A stretch of DNA of 61,447 nucleotides from an uncultured Desulfovibrio sp. (lineage in GTDB: Bacteria > Desulfobacterota > Desulfovibrionia > Desulfovibrionales > Desulfovibrionaceae), in NCBI GenBank assembly GCA_944327045.1, contig CALVGJ010000056.1, positions 1-61,447 of the forward strand, in the 5' to 3' direction. The notes under the pieces are model-generated. The model was not told the origin of the DNA and did no database searches. It was given only the letters and a program-made list of their open reading frames with translations. The position numbers were made by a program, and so were the translations under genes. Shown piece by piece: positions 8,676 through 18,354 of the stretch (the stretch's first letter is position 1; every line of letters begins with the position of its first letter).

Positions 8676-9872
8676 ATGCCCCGCAAAGCCTTTGCCCTGG
8701 GGAATCGCTGGCTCATTTTCTATCTTGCCTTTCTCAGCGCCTTTGCTCCCCTCTCCACGGACATGTATCTCCCGGCCCTGCCCAGCATGGCCGCCTCACT
8801 CCACACCACGGACGCCCTGTCCAGCCTGAGCATCAGCTGCTTTCTCCTGCTGTTCGCCCTTTCCATGCTGTTCTGGGGCCCTTACAGCGACAAGGCCGGA
8901 CGACGGCGCGTGCTGCTGCTCGGGGCTGCGCTCTATGTCGTCTCCAGCGTGGCCATCGTCCTTTCGTCCACCATCGAAAGCCTGCTGTTCTGGCGTGGCG
9001 TGCAGGCCGTGGGCAGCGGCGGCATCAGCGCCATGTCGCTGGCCATCGTCAAGGATGTGCTGCGCGGGCCGGTCATGGCGCGAGTCATCACCTGGATTCA
9101 GACCATCACCATTCTGGCTCCCATGCTGGCGCCGGTCATCGGCGGCCTGCTCCTGACCTTCACCTCCTGGCGCGGCATATTCGTCTGCCTGACGGCCTGC
9201 GGCCTGCTGGCCGGAGGCGGAGCCCTGCTGCTGCGGGAAACCCTTCTTGTGCGGACAAAAGGGGGGCTGGCCCGAATGCTGAGCCGTATCGGCTATGTGC
9301 TGGGTCAGCGCGGATTCCGCAGCCTGCTGCTGATTTTTTCCGCCGTCTGCATGCCCTTCATGGCCTTTCTGGCCGTTTCCTCCTACATCTATCAGGGTAT
9401 TTTCGGCCTTTCGCCCCAGACATACAGCCTCTTTTTCGCCATCAATGCCGGTATGAGTCTGCTGGGGCCCCTGTGCTACGGGCGCTGGTTTGCCGACTGG
9501 CCCCTGCGCCGCCTCTTCACCGTCTTTTTGGGCATCATTGTCCTGTCGGGTGTGGGCCTGCTGTGCATGGGCCGCTGGCACCCCGTCATTTTCGCCCTCT
9601 GGTGCGCGCCCATCAGCTTCTGCTCCAGCGCCACCCGGCCGCCCTCCACGGTCCTCATGCTCAACCAGCTTTCCACGGATACCGGCACCATGACGGCGCT
9701 CATCAACAGCGGCGGCCTGCTCTTCGGCAGCGCCTCCATGTTTCTTTGCGGCCTGTCCCTCTGGCCGGACAGCGTGACGGCCATGGGCGGCATGGCCTGC
9801 CTTGCCGGTCTGGGGACGCTGCTCGGCTGGCTCTGGGTGGACGGCCGAGGGCTCTACCGCAAGCATGCCTGA
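8676..9872 (+). CDS. Bcr/CflA-family MFS drug efflux transporter
   Basis: PLSTDMYLPALP, WGPYSDKAGRRRVL, APMLAPVIGG; ~12 TM; start placed at ATG after AAGGA. Confidence 0.88.
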   Translation: MPRKAFALGNRWLIFYLAFLSAFAPLSTDMYLPALPSMAASLHTTDALSSLSISCFLLLFALSMLFWGPYSDKAGRRRVLLLGAALYVVSSVAIVLSSTIESLLFWRGVQAVGSGGISAMSLAIVKDVLRGPVMARVITWIQTITILAPMLAPVIGGLLLTFTSWRGIFVCLTACGLLAGGGALLLRETLLVRTKGGLARMLSRIGYVLGQRGFRSLLLIFSAVCMPFMAFLAVSSYIYQGIFGLSPQTYSLFFAINAGMSLLGPLCYGRWFADWPLRRLFTVFLGIIVLSGVGLLCMGRWHPVIFALWCAPISFCSSATRPPSTVLMLNQLSTDTGTMTALINSGGLLFGSASMFLCGLSLWPDSVTAMGGMACLAGLGTLLGWLWVDGRGLYRKHA

Positions 9873-9928
9873 GGTCGGATCAGAAAAACATGTGCCGCCC
9901 GGAAAACATCTTTCCGGACGGCACACAA

Positions 9929-10224
9929 TAGAGCATTTTCCGTGTGAATCGCGTTATGCTTCACACCATACGGCCTGTCGTTTCACGGGAAAGCGTGGTT
10001 TTTCCGCTCACTTCAGGCCGGGCGGCGCTGTGCCGCCGCCTCGCATCCTGCCTTTTTCACAGGCAAACGACTCTGGAGCGGATTCGCATTGAAATTGTGT
10101 CCAGTTTCCCTGCTGACGCTGCCCTCACACCACGGAAAAAGCGTGGTTTTTCCGTGTGTTCGGTTGCGGGTAGTTCTCTCGAGACTACCAGAGCAATCCA
10201 CATTTTCAATGTGGAATTGCTCTA
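9929..10224 (+). mobile_element. MITE-like family A full copy (9929-10075) followed by related modules (10074-10224)
   Basis: TAGAGCATTTTCC start, internal hairpins; second block (GAAATTGTGTCC..CACACCACGGAAAAAGCGTGGTTTTTCCG) is the reverse complement of 45928-46006; ends GAGCAATCCACATT..AATGTGGAATTGCTCTA. Confidence 0.75.
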
Positions 10225-10851
10225 AATATCCACTGGCGCGGGCTTATCCTGCGCGGCAGGCTGCTGCGGCTTGCCGGAAGGAGCGGCGGCCTTGCCCAGC
10301 GCATACTTGCGGGCCGTATCCTCCAGAACGGCCTGCCCCACCACCTGCCAGTTTTCGCCCTGCTTGCGCAGGGCCAGCCAGGAGGTCATGCCCGCGGGCG
10401 TGGTGACGGAGGCCACCGCCGCGGTCTCGTCGATCTTCACTACCTTGGCCTTTTTGAGCGATTCAGGCACCCAGGGGCAATCCGGCGTCGTGGCCTGACG
10501 GCAATCGGCCATGAGCTCGCCCGTGCTGACGCCCCGGTTGAAATGCTGGCGCAGATCGTTTTCCACATCCACGATGCTGTTGAGCATCTTGTCCACGCCG
10601 CCGATGCCGAGCCGGCGTCCCAGAGAATCCAGCATGTTCAGCCCGCGGCTTTCCTGCGTCATGTTGGAGATTTCATTGGCGGAAAAGCTTTTCAGGTCCA
10701 CATTGGCCATGAAGGCGGCACTGTCGTTGGCGCTCAGGGCATCCGCCAGCGCGCCGAGCGTCTTTTCCGGGCCGGAGGTCATGCAGGCGGCCAGCACCAG
10801 GGCGCTCAGCGCCGGAACCAGCATGCCGGCGGAACGATGAAAGAAGGACAT
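10222..10851 (-). CDS. Lipoprotein of unknown function (possibly DUF2939-like)
   Basis: Start MSFFHRSAG after AAGGAG; lipobox LVLAAC; stop TAG lies in the repeat end. Confidence 0.7.
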   Translation of the reverse strand: MSFFHRSAGMLVPALSALVLAACMTSGPEKTLGALADALSANDSAAFMANVDLKSFSANEISNMTQESRGLNMLDSLGRRLGIGGVDKMLNSIVDVENDLRQHFNRGVSTGELMADCRQATTPDCPWVPESLKKAKVVKIDETAAVASVTTPAGMTSWLALRKQGENWQVVGQAVLEDTARKYALGKAAAPSGKPQQPAAQDKPAPVDI

Positions 10852-11058
10852 AGGGTACTCCTTGGGTATGCCCCCCTCTTCATGAGGGAAGGCGGCTTGT
10901 GTACAGGCTAGCACAGGCCGCAGGGATTGCAAGGCCCGGCGGGACCTCCCGGGCGGGCGGACGGGCGGGGCTTTTTTTCCCCGCCGCTCTCTGCTACAAG
11001 GGGGACATGCCGACAGTCCGCCTGTCGCGGACATGGGACGGCACTCAACGGAGGCACA

Positions 11059-11823
11059 ATGAAAGTCATCATCATGTGCGGCGGCAAGGGAACGCGTCTG
11101 CGCGAGGAAACAGCCATCAAACCCAAACCCATGGTGGAAATCGGCGGACGCCCGGTGCTCTGGCACATCATGTCCATCTATGCCCGTTTCGGCTACAAGG
11201 ACTTCATCCTGCCGCTCGGCTACAAGGGCGAAGTCATCAAGCAGTATTTTCATGATTACAATATCCGCAACACGGACTTTACCGTGGACCTCAAAAACGG
11301 CGACATCACGGCCCATCCCACGGAAATTGTGGACTGGCGCGTGACGCTCTGCGATACCGGGCAGGAGACCCTCAAGGGCGGACGCCTCAAGCGCGTGGCC
11401 CGGCATATCGACAGCGACCGCTTCATGGTGACCTACGGGGACGGCGTGGCGGATATCGACCTCCACAAGCTCGTGGAATTCCACAAGCAGTCCGGCACCA
11501 TCGGCACCTTTACCGGCGTGCGCATGCCGTCGCGCTTCGGCACGGTCCGCACGGATGCGAACGGTAAGATACTCTCCTGGGAGGAAAAGCCTGTTCTGGA
11601 CGAATACATCAACTGCGGGTTCTTTGTCTTCAAGCGGGAGTTCCTCGACTACCTCAGCGAGGATGAATCCTGCGATCTGGAAAAGGAACCCCTGCAGCGG
11701 CTTGCGGCCGAAGGGCAGCTTTCCATGTATCCGCACCCCGGACAGTGGCAGTGCATGGATACCCTGCGGGATTCCCTCAAGCTCAATGAACTCTGGGATT
11801 CGGGCAAGGCCTTCTGGGTTTAG
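11059..11823 (+). CDS. rfbF: Glucose-1-phosphate cytidylyltransferase
   Basis: GGKGTRLREETAIKPKPMVEIGG, MVTYGDGVADID, WQCMDTLRD; GGAGG RBS. Confidence 0.93.
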   Translation: MKVIIMCGGKGTRLREETAIKPKPMVEIGGRPVLWHIMSIYARFGYKDFILPLGYKGEVIKQYFHDYNIRNTDFTVDLKNGDITAHPTEIVDWRVTLCDTGQETLKGGRLKRVARHIDSDRFMVTYGDGVADIDLHKLVEFHKQSGTIGTFTGVRMPSRFGTVRTDANGKILSWEEKPVLDEYINCGFFVFKREFLDYLSEDESCDLEKEPLQRLAAEGQLSMYPHPGQWQCMDTLRDSLKLNELWDSGKAFWV

Positions 11824-11969
11824 AGCATTTTGCCGTTGAAAAAGGCGGGACGCGAGGCGGCGACACAGTGCCGCCCGGCTCAAAATACGCGGAAAAACCA
11901 CGTTTTTTCCCGCGGAACACAGGCCGTACGGTCTGAAACGCGAAGCGTTTCAACCTGAAAATGCTCCAG
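11821..11969 (-). mobile_element. MITE-like family A full copy, reverse orientation
   Basis: TAGAGCATTTTGCC...CTGAAAATGCTCCAG; first TAG is the rfbF stop. Confidence 0.8.
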
Positions 11970-12072
11970 GCTCAGGCGATCGCCGTCCTGCCCCCCTTCC
12001 CCGGACATCTTCCGGCCTGTCGTGTGCCCATCGGCGTGCGGCAGGCCGTCGCGTACAACGCAAAGGATCGAC

Positions 12073-13191
12073 ATGTTTGCCAATTGCTACAAGGGGCGTC
12101 GTGTTTTCATCACCGGTCACACCGGTTTCAAGGGCTCGTGGCTTGCCGCCTGGCTGGTGAGTCTCGGTGCGGAAGTGGCGGGCTTTGCCGACGGCGTGCC
12201 CACCACCCCCTCCCACTTTGAAGCCGCCCGCCTTGCCGAGCATCTGCGGGACTATCGCGGCGACATCCGCGATCGGGACGCCGTCTGCCGTGCCCTGCGG
12301 GAATTCCGACCCGATGTGGTCTTCCATCTGGCGGCACAGCCGCTGGTGCGCCTTTCCTACGACAAACCGGCGCTGACCTTTGAAGCCAACATGATGGGCA
12401 CGCTCAACGTACTGGAAGGCCTGCGGCAATGTCCGTCCGTGGCCGCCGCGGTCTTCATCACCTCGGACAAATGCTACCGCAATGACGAGTGGGTCTGGGG
12501 CTACCGCGAGACCGACCATCTCGGCGGATACGACCCGTATTCCGCCTCCAAGGGCTGTGCGGAAATCATCGCCCATTCCTACTTCCAGAGCTTTTTCGGC
12601 AGCGACGGCCCGGCCTGCGCCACCACGCGGGCAGGCAACGTCATCGGCGGCGGGGACTGGGCGCTGGACCGCATTGTGCCGGACTGCGCCCGCGCCTGGG
12701 CGGACGGGCGGGCGGTACGCATCCGCAGCCCCTGGGCCACTCGCCCGTGGCAGCTCGTGCTGGAACCGCTTTCCGGCTATCTGTGGCTGGGGGCCCATCT
12801 GCTGGGCCTGCGTGAAGGCCCCTTTGCTGTGCGCGGGCAGGCCTACAACTTCGGCCCCGCGGCGGACGTCAACAATACCGTGGCCGAAGTGGTGGCGGCC
12901 CTTGCGACCCACTGGCCCGGATTTGTGAGCGAGACCGATCCGCAGGCGCAGGCGGGCGTCAAGGAATGTACTCTGCTCAAGCTCTGCTGCGACAAGGCCC
13001 TTGCCCATCTGGGCTGGAAAGCCACCCTCGATTTCGAGGAAACCATCCGCTTCACCGCCGAATGGTATCACCGTTTCTACCGCGGCGAGGGCGGCAAGCA
13101 GGCCGGGGCCTCCCTGCTCGACTTCAGCCTCGGACAAATCGCGGCCTATTGCAATGCCGCCGAGCAGCGGCAGCAGCTCTGGGCAAGGTAG
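12073..13191 (+). CDS. rfbG: CDP-glucose 4,6-dehydratase
   Basis: VFITGHTGFKGSWL, HLAAQPLVRLSY, TSDKCY, DPYSASK, RAGNVIGGGDW. Confidence 0.93.
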   Translation: MFANCYKGRRVFITGHTGFKGSWLAAWLVSLGAEVAGFADGVPTTPSHFEAARLAEHLRDYRGDIRDRDAVCRALREFRPDVVFHLAAQPLVRLSYDKPALTFEANMMGTLNVLEGLRQCPSVAAAVFITSDKCYRNDEWVWGYRETDHLGGYDPYSASKGCAEIIAHSYFQSFFGSDGPACATTRAGNVIGGGDWALDRIVPDCARAWADGRAVRIRSPWATRPWQLVLEPLSGYLWLGAHLLGLREGPFAVRGQAYNFGPAADVNNTVAEVVAALATHWPGFVSETDPQAQAGVKECTLLKLCCDKALAHLGWKATLDFEETIRFTAEWYHRFYRGEGGKQAGASLLDFSLGQIAAYCNAAEQRQQLWAR

Positions 13192-13198
13192 GTCGGCC

Positions 13199-13741
13199 AT
13201 GCCTCCGGTCATCACGCTTTCCACCTCCGCACCGGCTGACGATACGCCGCGCGGCATCGGCATTGACGGTGCCTGGCTGCTGCCGCTGCGCGTCATCGAT
13301 ACGCCGGGCGGCGCCGTCCTGCACATGCTCAAGGCGGCGGCGCCCCTGCGTCCGGGCTGTCCCTGCCCGGATGCCCCGGCTGCGGACGAACGCCTGCATC
13401 TGGGAGAAGTCTACTTTTCCGAGGTGCTGCCCGGCCACGTCAAGGGATGGAAACGCCACAGCCGCCAGACGCAGCATTTTGCCGTGCCCAGCGGACGCAT
13501 GGCCCTGACCCTCTATGACGACCGCCCCCAGTCGCCGACGCAGGGCGTCCTCTGCCGTCTGGAGCTGGGCCGTCCCGATGCCCATGCCCTGCTGCGCATA
13601 CCTCCGGGCGTCTGGTATGCCTTTGCCGCCGTAGGCGACGCCCCCGCCCTGCTCTGCAACGGCGCGGACATGCCGCACGACCCTGCCGAGAGCGAAACCG
13701 CGCCGCTGGACTCGTCACACATCCCCTACAACTGGAAATGA
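13199..13741 (+). CDS. NDP-4-keto-6-deoxyhexose epimerase (RmlC-like cupin)
   Basis: GEVYFSEVLPGHVKGWKRH, YDDRPQSPT, LLRIPPGVWYAF. Confidence 0.8.
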   Translation: MPPVITLSTSAPADDTPRGIGIDGAWLLPLRVIDTPGGAVLHMLKAAAPLRPGCPCPDAPAADERLHLGEVYFSEVLPGHVKGWKRHSRQTQHFAVPSGRMALTLYDDRPQSPTQGVLCRLELGRPDAHALLRIPPGVWYAFAAVGDAPALLCNGADMPHDPAESETAPLDSSHIPYNWK

Positions 13742-13793
13742 GTTCGACTGCGGCCCACCCTTGCCGCGCTGAGACTCACTGCAGATACGACAA

Positions 13794-13822
13794 AACGCCC
13801 GTACCGCTGAGGTACGGGCGTT
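13794..13822. terminator. Stem-loop between convergent operons
   Basis: AACGCCCGTACC-GCTGA-GGTACGGGCGTT. Confidence 0.6.
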
Positions 13823-13825
13823 CTG

Positions 13826-13906
13826 GAGAGCATTTTCAGTTTGAACGCTTCGCGTTTCAAACCATACGGTCTGCCGTTTCGCCGTTTTCAATGGCACAAC
13901 GCTCTA
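13826..13906 (+). mobile_element. MITE-like family A, internally deleted copy
   Basis: GAGAGCATTTTCAGTTTGAA..TTCAAACCATACGG..CAACGCTCTA. Confidence 0.7.
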
Positions 13907-15540
13907 TGCGCATTCCGTACCAGCAGATAGCGGGCATTTTCCCAGATGACGGGCCCCACCTCAGCCTCCAGACGCGCACGGTCCTGCGGACGTTCGCTCA
14001 GAAGATAATCCGGATTTGTGGACAGTCCCACGTCGATATAGGCCGTCGGTGAGCTTTTGAGCGCCTTTTCGATGCGTTCCCACTGATGCAGCGGCGCAAG
14101 GCCCTTGGCGTAATACAACAGGCAGGCGTCCTTCCAGCCATAGGTCAGAGGCCGCAGAGCATTGTAGCGGATGGCCTGATCTTCACCGGGGAAAAAAAGC
14201 GTCTCGCCGGGCCGGGTATGCTCCCTGACGGCACGAATCATTTCCGCCCGCCGCAGCAACGGCCCGTAGGCTTCTTCATAGCGGGCCGCATCAAGCCGGT
14301 TCCAGTACCAGGCAAGGGCGCTGCGCGCCATATCCTGCTGCCCGCCGCAGAAAAAGCCGATGACCAGCCCCACACAGAACAGACAGGCCGCCGCCCGCTG
14401 CCGGAAGGGACGTTCCGCCTGTCTGACCACACGCCGCCACAGGATGTCCGCCCCCAGAAAAATGAGGCACATGGCCAGAAACGGCAGAAAACGGTGCACC
14501 CGCACAAGGTCGAATTCCAGATGCATGCGGCCCAGCGCCCGGGAAATTTCCTGATCCAGCACAAAAAGCAGAATCACCACATAAACGCCGGCAATCCAGA
14601 GCCAGATATGCTTGCCGAACAGCCTTTCACGCGGCGTTCCGTGACGGAAGATCATCCATGTGCCCCACAAGGCCAGCGGAATGACCGGCAACAGCGTGTA
14701 CTGCCGCAGGAACCTGCCCATGCCGTAAAGGTATTCGGCATATTCGATGTCAAAGCGTGTCCTCAGAATGTGATCCATGAAGGCCACCTCGTCCGGGCCG
14801 AGCCGGACGCCCGAGGCGTGCGTGTAGGTCAGGGCATAAGGCGTCATGACGGCCAGGAAGCAGCAGCCAGCAGCCAGCAGGCGCGCCAGATGCCGCCGGA
14901 GGGAACAGCCCTGCGGGCGGCTGGCGGCAAAGCCCAGCCAGAGTCCCGCCGCCACCGGCAACGCGCTGATGGAATGCACATAGACGAGCCCGCCCAGCGC
15001 GGCCATGAAGGGCGACCACCAGCGCGGTCTGTCCAGAATACGGAAATAGACGCAAAGAAACAGGGCATACAGGGCATTGAACAGGCTGCGCGGCGTGTAA
15101 TCGACGTAGCCCGCGCCCCAGTAGGTACCCCAGGGCGTCCAGTAGCATAGTCCCATGAGGATGGTGAATATGAGCGCTTTCCAGCGCTCCCGAAAAAAGC
15201 GGATGCCCAGCAGGTAGAAGGCGATATAGTGCAGAAAGACGCTCACCCCGGTCACTTGCAAATAGGCGATGCCGTAATTGCCGCTGTCTGACGCCAGCAG
15301 GTTCACCAGTTGCACCAGCGGCGTCACATGGGTGAGGTACTGGCTTTCCGTACCGTAAACAAAATCATGCGCAAAGTTTTCAGGATGGCCGTAGGCCGCG
15401 GCGATGGAGGCGTACATGGCCGAATCGGTGGAGAGCCATACGCCCTCGACGGACGCGCCCAGCCTGCCGTAATGCAGCAGCACGGCAAAGAGCAGCATTC
15501 CCGCAACAGCCGCCATATCCCATCTTGTCGTCGTGTTCAT
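13888..15540 (-). CDS. Polytopic membrane protein, putative GT-C-type (polyprenyl-phosphate-sugar) glycosyltransferase
   Basis: Many TM helices, acidic TDS..Y motif after TM1, soluble C-terminal domain; last gene of operon with GT2 and flippase-like genes. Confidence 0.6.
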   Translation of the reverse strand: MNTTTRWDMAAVAGMLLFAVLLHYGRLGASVEGVWLSTDSAMYASIAAAYGHPENFAHDFVYGTESQYLTHVTPLVQLVNLLASDSGNYGIAYLQVTGVSVFLHYIAFYLLGIRFFRERWKALIFTILMGLCYWTPWGTYWGAGYVDYTPRSLFNALYALFLCVYFRILDRPRWWSPFMAALGGLVYVHSISALPVAAGLWLGFAASRPQGCSLRRHLARLLAAGCCFLAVMTPYALTYTHASGVRLGPDEVAFMDHILRTRFDIEYAEYLYGMGRFLRQYTLLPVIPLALWGTWMIFRHGTPRERLFGKHIWLWIAGVYVVILLFVLDQEISRALGRMHLEFDLVRVHRFLPFLAMCLIFLGADILWRRVVRQAERPFRQRAAACLFCVGLVIGFFCGGQQDMARSALAWYWNRLDAARYEEAYGPLLRRAEMIRAVREHTRPGETLFFPGEDQAIRYNALRPLTYGWKDACLLYYAKGLAPLHQWERIEKALKSSPTAYIDVGLSTNPDYLLSERPQDRARLEAEVGPVIWENARYLLVRNAHRALCH

Positions 15541-16523
15541 ATGGCCTCCGCCGCACCTGCCGGCCGGGATGTTTCCTTCCAGAAACCGCGGCTGCCGTTG
15601 AGCAGTACCGCCGCCAGCGCGGCGGGAAGAAAATGCAGGGCATGGGTATACAGCGCAATCCCCAGGGCGGCGCTCTGTTCCACGCCGAACCAGGAAAGAC
15701 TGAGCACCATCGCCCCTTCAAAGACCCCCAGGCCGCCCGGAGAGGAAGGGATGGCCATGCCCAGACAGGTCACGGCAAAGACCGTCAGCATCTGCACGCC
15801 GTCGAGCGGCAGCTCCGCCACCAGACGAAACGATATGACAAAGCTGGCGAAATAGCAGCTCCAGATGCACAGGGAAAGGAGAAAACCGCCCATCACCCGG
15901 CAAAGGGATATGTTATCGATGAGCTGCTCGTGCAGACGGGTGCAGAGCGTCGCCATGCGGCCCGGAAAGAAACGGGCGTAGGCGGCATGAAACCATGCCG
16001 ACCAGTGGCGCAGACAAAGGAACAGCCCACCTCCGCCCAGCGCAAGCAGCAGCGGCAGGAGCAGCCGCTGTCCCGTGCCCAGCAGCGTATAGGCCAGCAG
16101 AGCCACGCAGAGCAGGGACAGGACATCAAGCAGACGCTCCCAGAGCACAATGGAGCTGATGTCGAGCAGTGGTCTCCCGGTCTTGCGGGTCAGAAAAAAG
16201 ACCTTCATGGCATCACCGGCCTTGGCGGGGAGAAGGTTGTTATACCCCACGCACAGCAGCACGGCCTTGAGACTCAGGCCGTAGGGGACGCCCCCCGGCA
16301 GCAGATTGCGCAGGCGCAGTCCCATGCAGGCATAGTCCAGCGCCACCGCACACAGGGAAAGGCCCACGGCCCAGAGCGCATAACCGCACAGCGCTGCCCA
16401 GAGCAGCGGCAGGTCCACCCCCGACAGGGCATAGATGAGAGCAGCCAGACTGACGAACGCCTGCAGAAAGAACAGCGCACCGCGACGGGAAAGAAGTGAG
16501 CTCAGGGGCTTTGGCGTGTTCAT
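15537..16523 (-). CDS. Lysylphosphatidylglycerol synthase TM-domain / UPF0104 flippase-like protein
   Basis: NNLLPAKAGDAMK, ERLLD, IPSSPGGLGVFE. Confidence 0.85.
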   Translation of the reverse strand: MNTPKPLSSLLSRRGALFFLQAFVSLAALIYALSGVDLPLLWAALCGYALWAVGLSLCAVALDYACMGLRLRNLLPGGVPYGLSLKAVLLCVGYNNLLPAKAGDAMKVFFLTRKTGRPLLDISSIVLWERLLDVLSLLCVALLAYTLLGTGQRLLLPLLLALGGGGLFLCLRHWSAWFHAAYARFFPGRMATLCTRLHEQLIDNISLCRVMGGFLLSLCIWSCYFASFVISFRLVAELPLDGVQMLTVFAVTCLGMAIPSSPGGLGVFEGAMVLSLSWFGVEQSAALGIALYTHALHFLPAALAAVLLNGSRGFWKETSRPAGAAEAI

Positions 16524-16648
16524 GACATCTCCCGTCGTCCGTTGTTGCCGCCGCATCTCCGGGACGGCCGAAAGCCTGCGCACTTGCCGCACGCAGGCGA
16601 AGGCCCGCGACGGCCGCGGCAGCCGTCGTTCCCGCTTGCCCCGCTCCC

Positions 16649-18097
16649 TCAGCGCTGTGCCCGGCGCAGCACGCTTTCCGTGCTGGGCGTATGCCGCGCC
16701 TCAATCAGCACCTGATAGGCGAACAGGCCCGGCATCACTCTGGCCAGCAGGCGATTGACGGCCATGAGTCCCCGGGCAAGCAGGGTATTGCCCAGGGCTC
16801 GCGGATAGGGAGCCGCCATGATTTGCCTGCGGACGACCCGGAATCCGGCGTACCGCATGAGCCGGGCCAATGAGGCCAGGGTAAAGAGGCGCTTGTGGGA
16901 CAATGCCAGAATGCCGCGCCGTCCGTAATTGAACTGGCCGAGCAGCAGCATGAAACGTGTAATGAAAAATCCCACATTGGCGCTGCCCGCAATGAGCACG
17001 GCCCCCGTATTATCCGTCAGGCGCTCGCGCAGCCCGGCCAGAAAGTCTTCCGCCGAATCGCGCTGCTCCAGCACGTCCAGCGCCACCACATAATCCAGTT
17101 TTTCCCACGGCACATCGGGCAGCTCCCTGTCCAGGTCCACGGAGTCCGGGCAACTGATGACCGTGCAGCCCTTCTCGTGACGCAGATAGCCCGACAACTC
17201 CGTGTCCGAGCATCCCAGATCAAGCACAAGACTGCCGGGCCGGATGCTGTCGGCAACGGCCTTGCCCGTGGAAGGAAAGGAAAAGGTGCTGACCTTGCGG
17301 GCCACTTCCGTGTGCGGAAAGAAAAATTTGGGATCGTAGAACAGGCCCATGCGGATAAGCCGCCCCTTGAGGCTGGTCCGCATGACGTCCCAGGCATAGC
17401 GCAGACCGTTCACATGGCAGACTTCATCCCCGTAATGGGTCGGAATGGGCAGCTCCACAATAGTTCCGCCGGAAAAAACCACCTGCATGATGATTTCCGT
17501 ATCGAAATCAAAGTCATTGGTGTTCAGCTCAAGCGGCAGGGCGCTCAGGGTGCTCACCCGGTACACGCGGTAGCCGGTGTGAAATTCCGAAAGGCGCGTG
17601 CCGAGCAGACGATTCTGCAAACTCGTCAGCACCATATTGCCCAGAAACTTGTAATAGGGCATTCCCCCCCTGAGCGCATCCCGCTTGTGCAGCATGCGCG
17701 AACCGAAAACCGCATCCACCCGCATTCCCCCGCGGGTAAAGGGTTCCAGCAGCCGGGGCAGGCATTCCGGCGCGTACTGCCCGTCGCCGTGCACCATGGC
17801 CACCACGTCAAAGCCCTGTTCCGCCGCGTAGCGATAGCCGACCTTCTGGTTGCCTCCGTACCCCTGATTTACCGGGTTGCGCAGCGCCTCCCCCGGGCAC
17901 CAGAAGGTTTTCAGATGCTCCTTGGCGCGTTGCCAGGTGGCATCGCGGCTGCAATCGTCAATGACCAGCACCCGCACGGCATACGTTGCTTCCAGCTCGC
18001 GCGGAATACGGTCAAGGACGTCGGCAATCGTTTTTTCGGCATTGTAGGCCAGAATAAGGACAAGGACTCGAAGACGATCTTGCGTATCGGTATTCAT
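16649..18097 (-). CDS. GT2 polyprenol-phosphate glycosyltransferase fused to a class I methyltransferase-like domain
   Basis: LAYNAEKTI, VIDDCSRD, NQGYGGNQK, HGDGQY, FDTEII; C-terminal VLDLGCS and VALDVLEQ. Confidence 0.85.
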   Translation of the reverse strand: MNTDTQDRLRVLVLILAYNAEKTIADVLDRIPRELEATYAVRVLVIDDCSRDATWQRAKEHLKTFWCPGEALRNPVNQGYGGNQKVGYRYAAEQGFDVVAMVHGDGQYAPECLPRLLEPFTRGGMRVDAVFGSRMLHKRDALRGGMPYYKFLGNMVLTSLQNRLLGTRLSEFHTGYRVYRVSTLSALPLELNTNDFDFDTEIIMQVVFSGGTIVELPIPTHYGDEVCHVNGLRYAWDVMRTSLKGRLIRMGLFYDPKFFFPHTEVARKVSTFSFPSTGKAVADSIRPGSLVLDLGCSDTELSGYLRHEKGCTVISCPDSVDLDRELPDVPWEKLDYVVALDVLEQRDSAEDFLAGLRERLTDNTGAVLIAGSANVGFFITRFMLLLGQFNYGRRGILALSHKRLFTLASLARLMRYAGFRVVRRQIMAAPYPRALGNTLLARGLMAVNRLLARVMPGLFAYQVLIEARHTPSTESVLRRAQR

Positions 18098-18143
18098 CGG
18101 ACAAACGACCATGAAGTAAAAATACTGTCAAAAGCTGATTTTC

Positions 18144-18291
18144 TCGAGCATTTTCCGTTTGAAACGCTTTGCGCCTCAAACCATACGGCCTGGCATTTCG
18201 CGGAAAAAACGCGGTTTTTCCGCCCACTTCGGGCCGGGAGGCGCTGCGCCGCCGCCCCGTATTTTGCCTTTTCAAAGGCAAAATGCTCTAG
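18144..18291 (+). mobile_element. MITE-like family A full copy
   Basis: TCGAGCATTTTCCGTTTGAAACGC...GGCAAAATGCTCTAG. Confidence 0.8.
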
Positions 18292-18354
18292 CCATATTTT
18301 TGCGTCAAGACAAGTGTTTCCTTTGCCTGCGGGCCCCTTCGTGCCCGGAGAGGC

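Noticed and set aside
9944-10225. Short ORFs over repeat copies (also 45560-45982, 32415-32768, 18159-18500)
   Set aside because: Shared peptide words such as FPADAALTPRKKRGFS come from the repeated DNA element, not from a protein family
10222-11901. 559-aa ORF as listed in the track
   Set aside because: The upstream part is antisense to rfbF; the credible gene starts at 10851 (RBS and lipobox)
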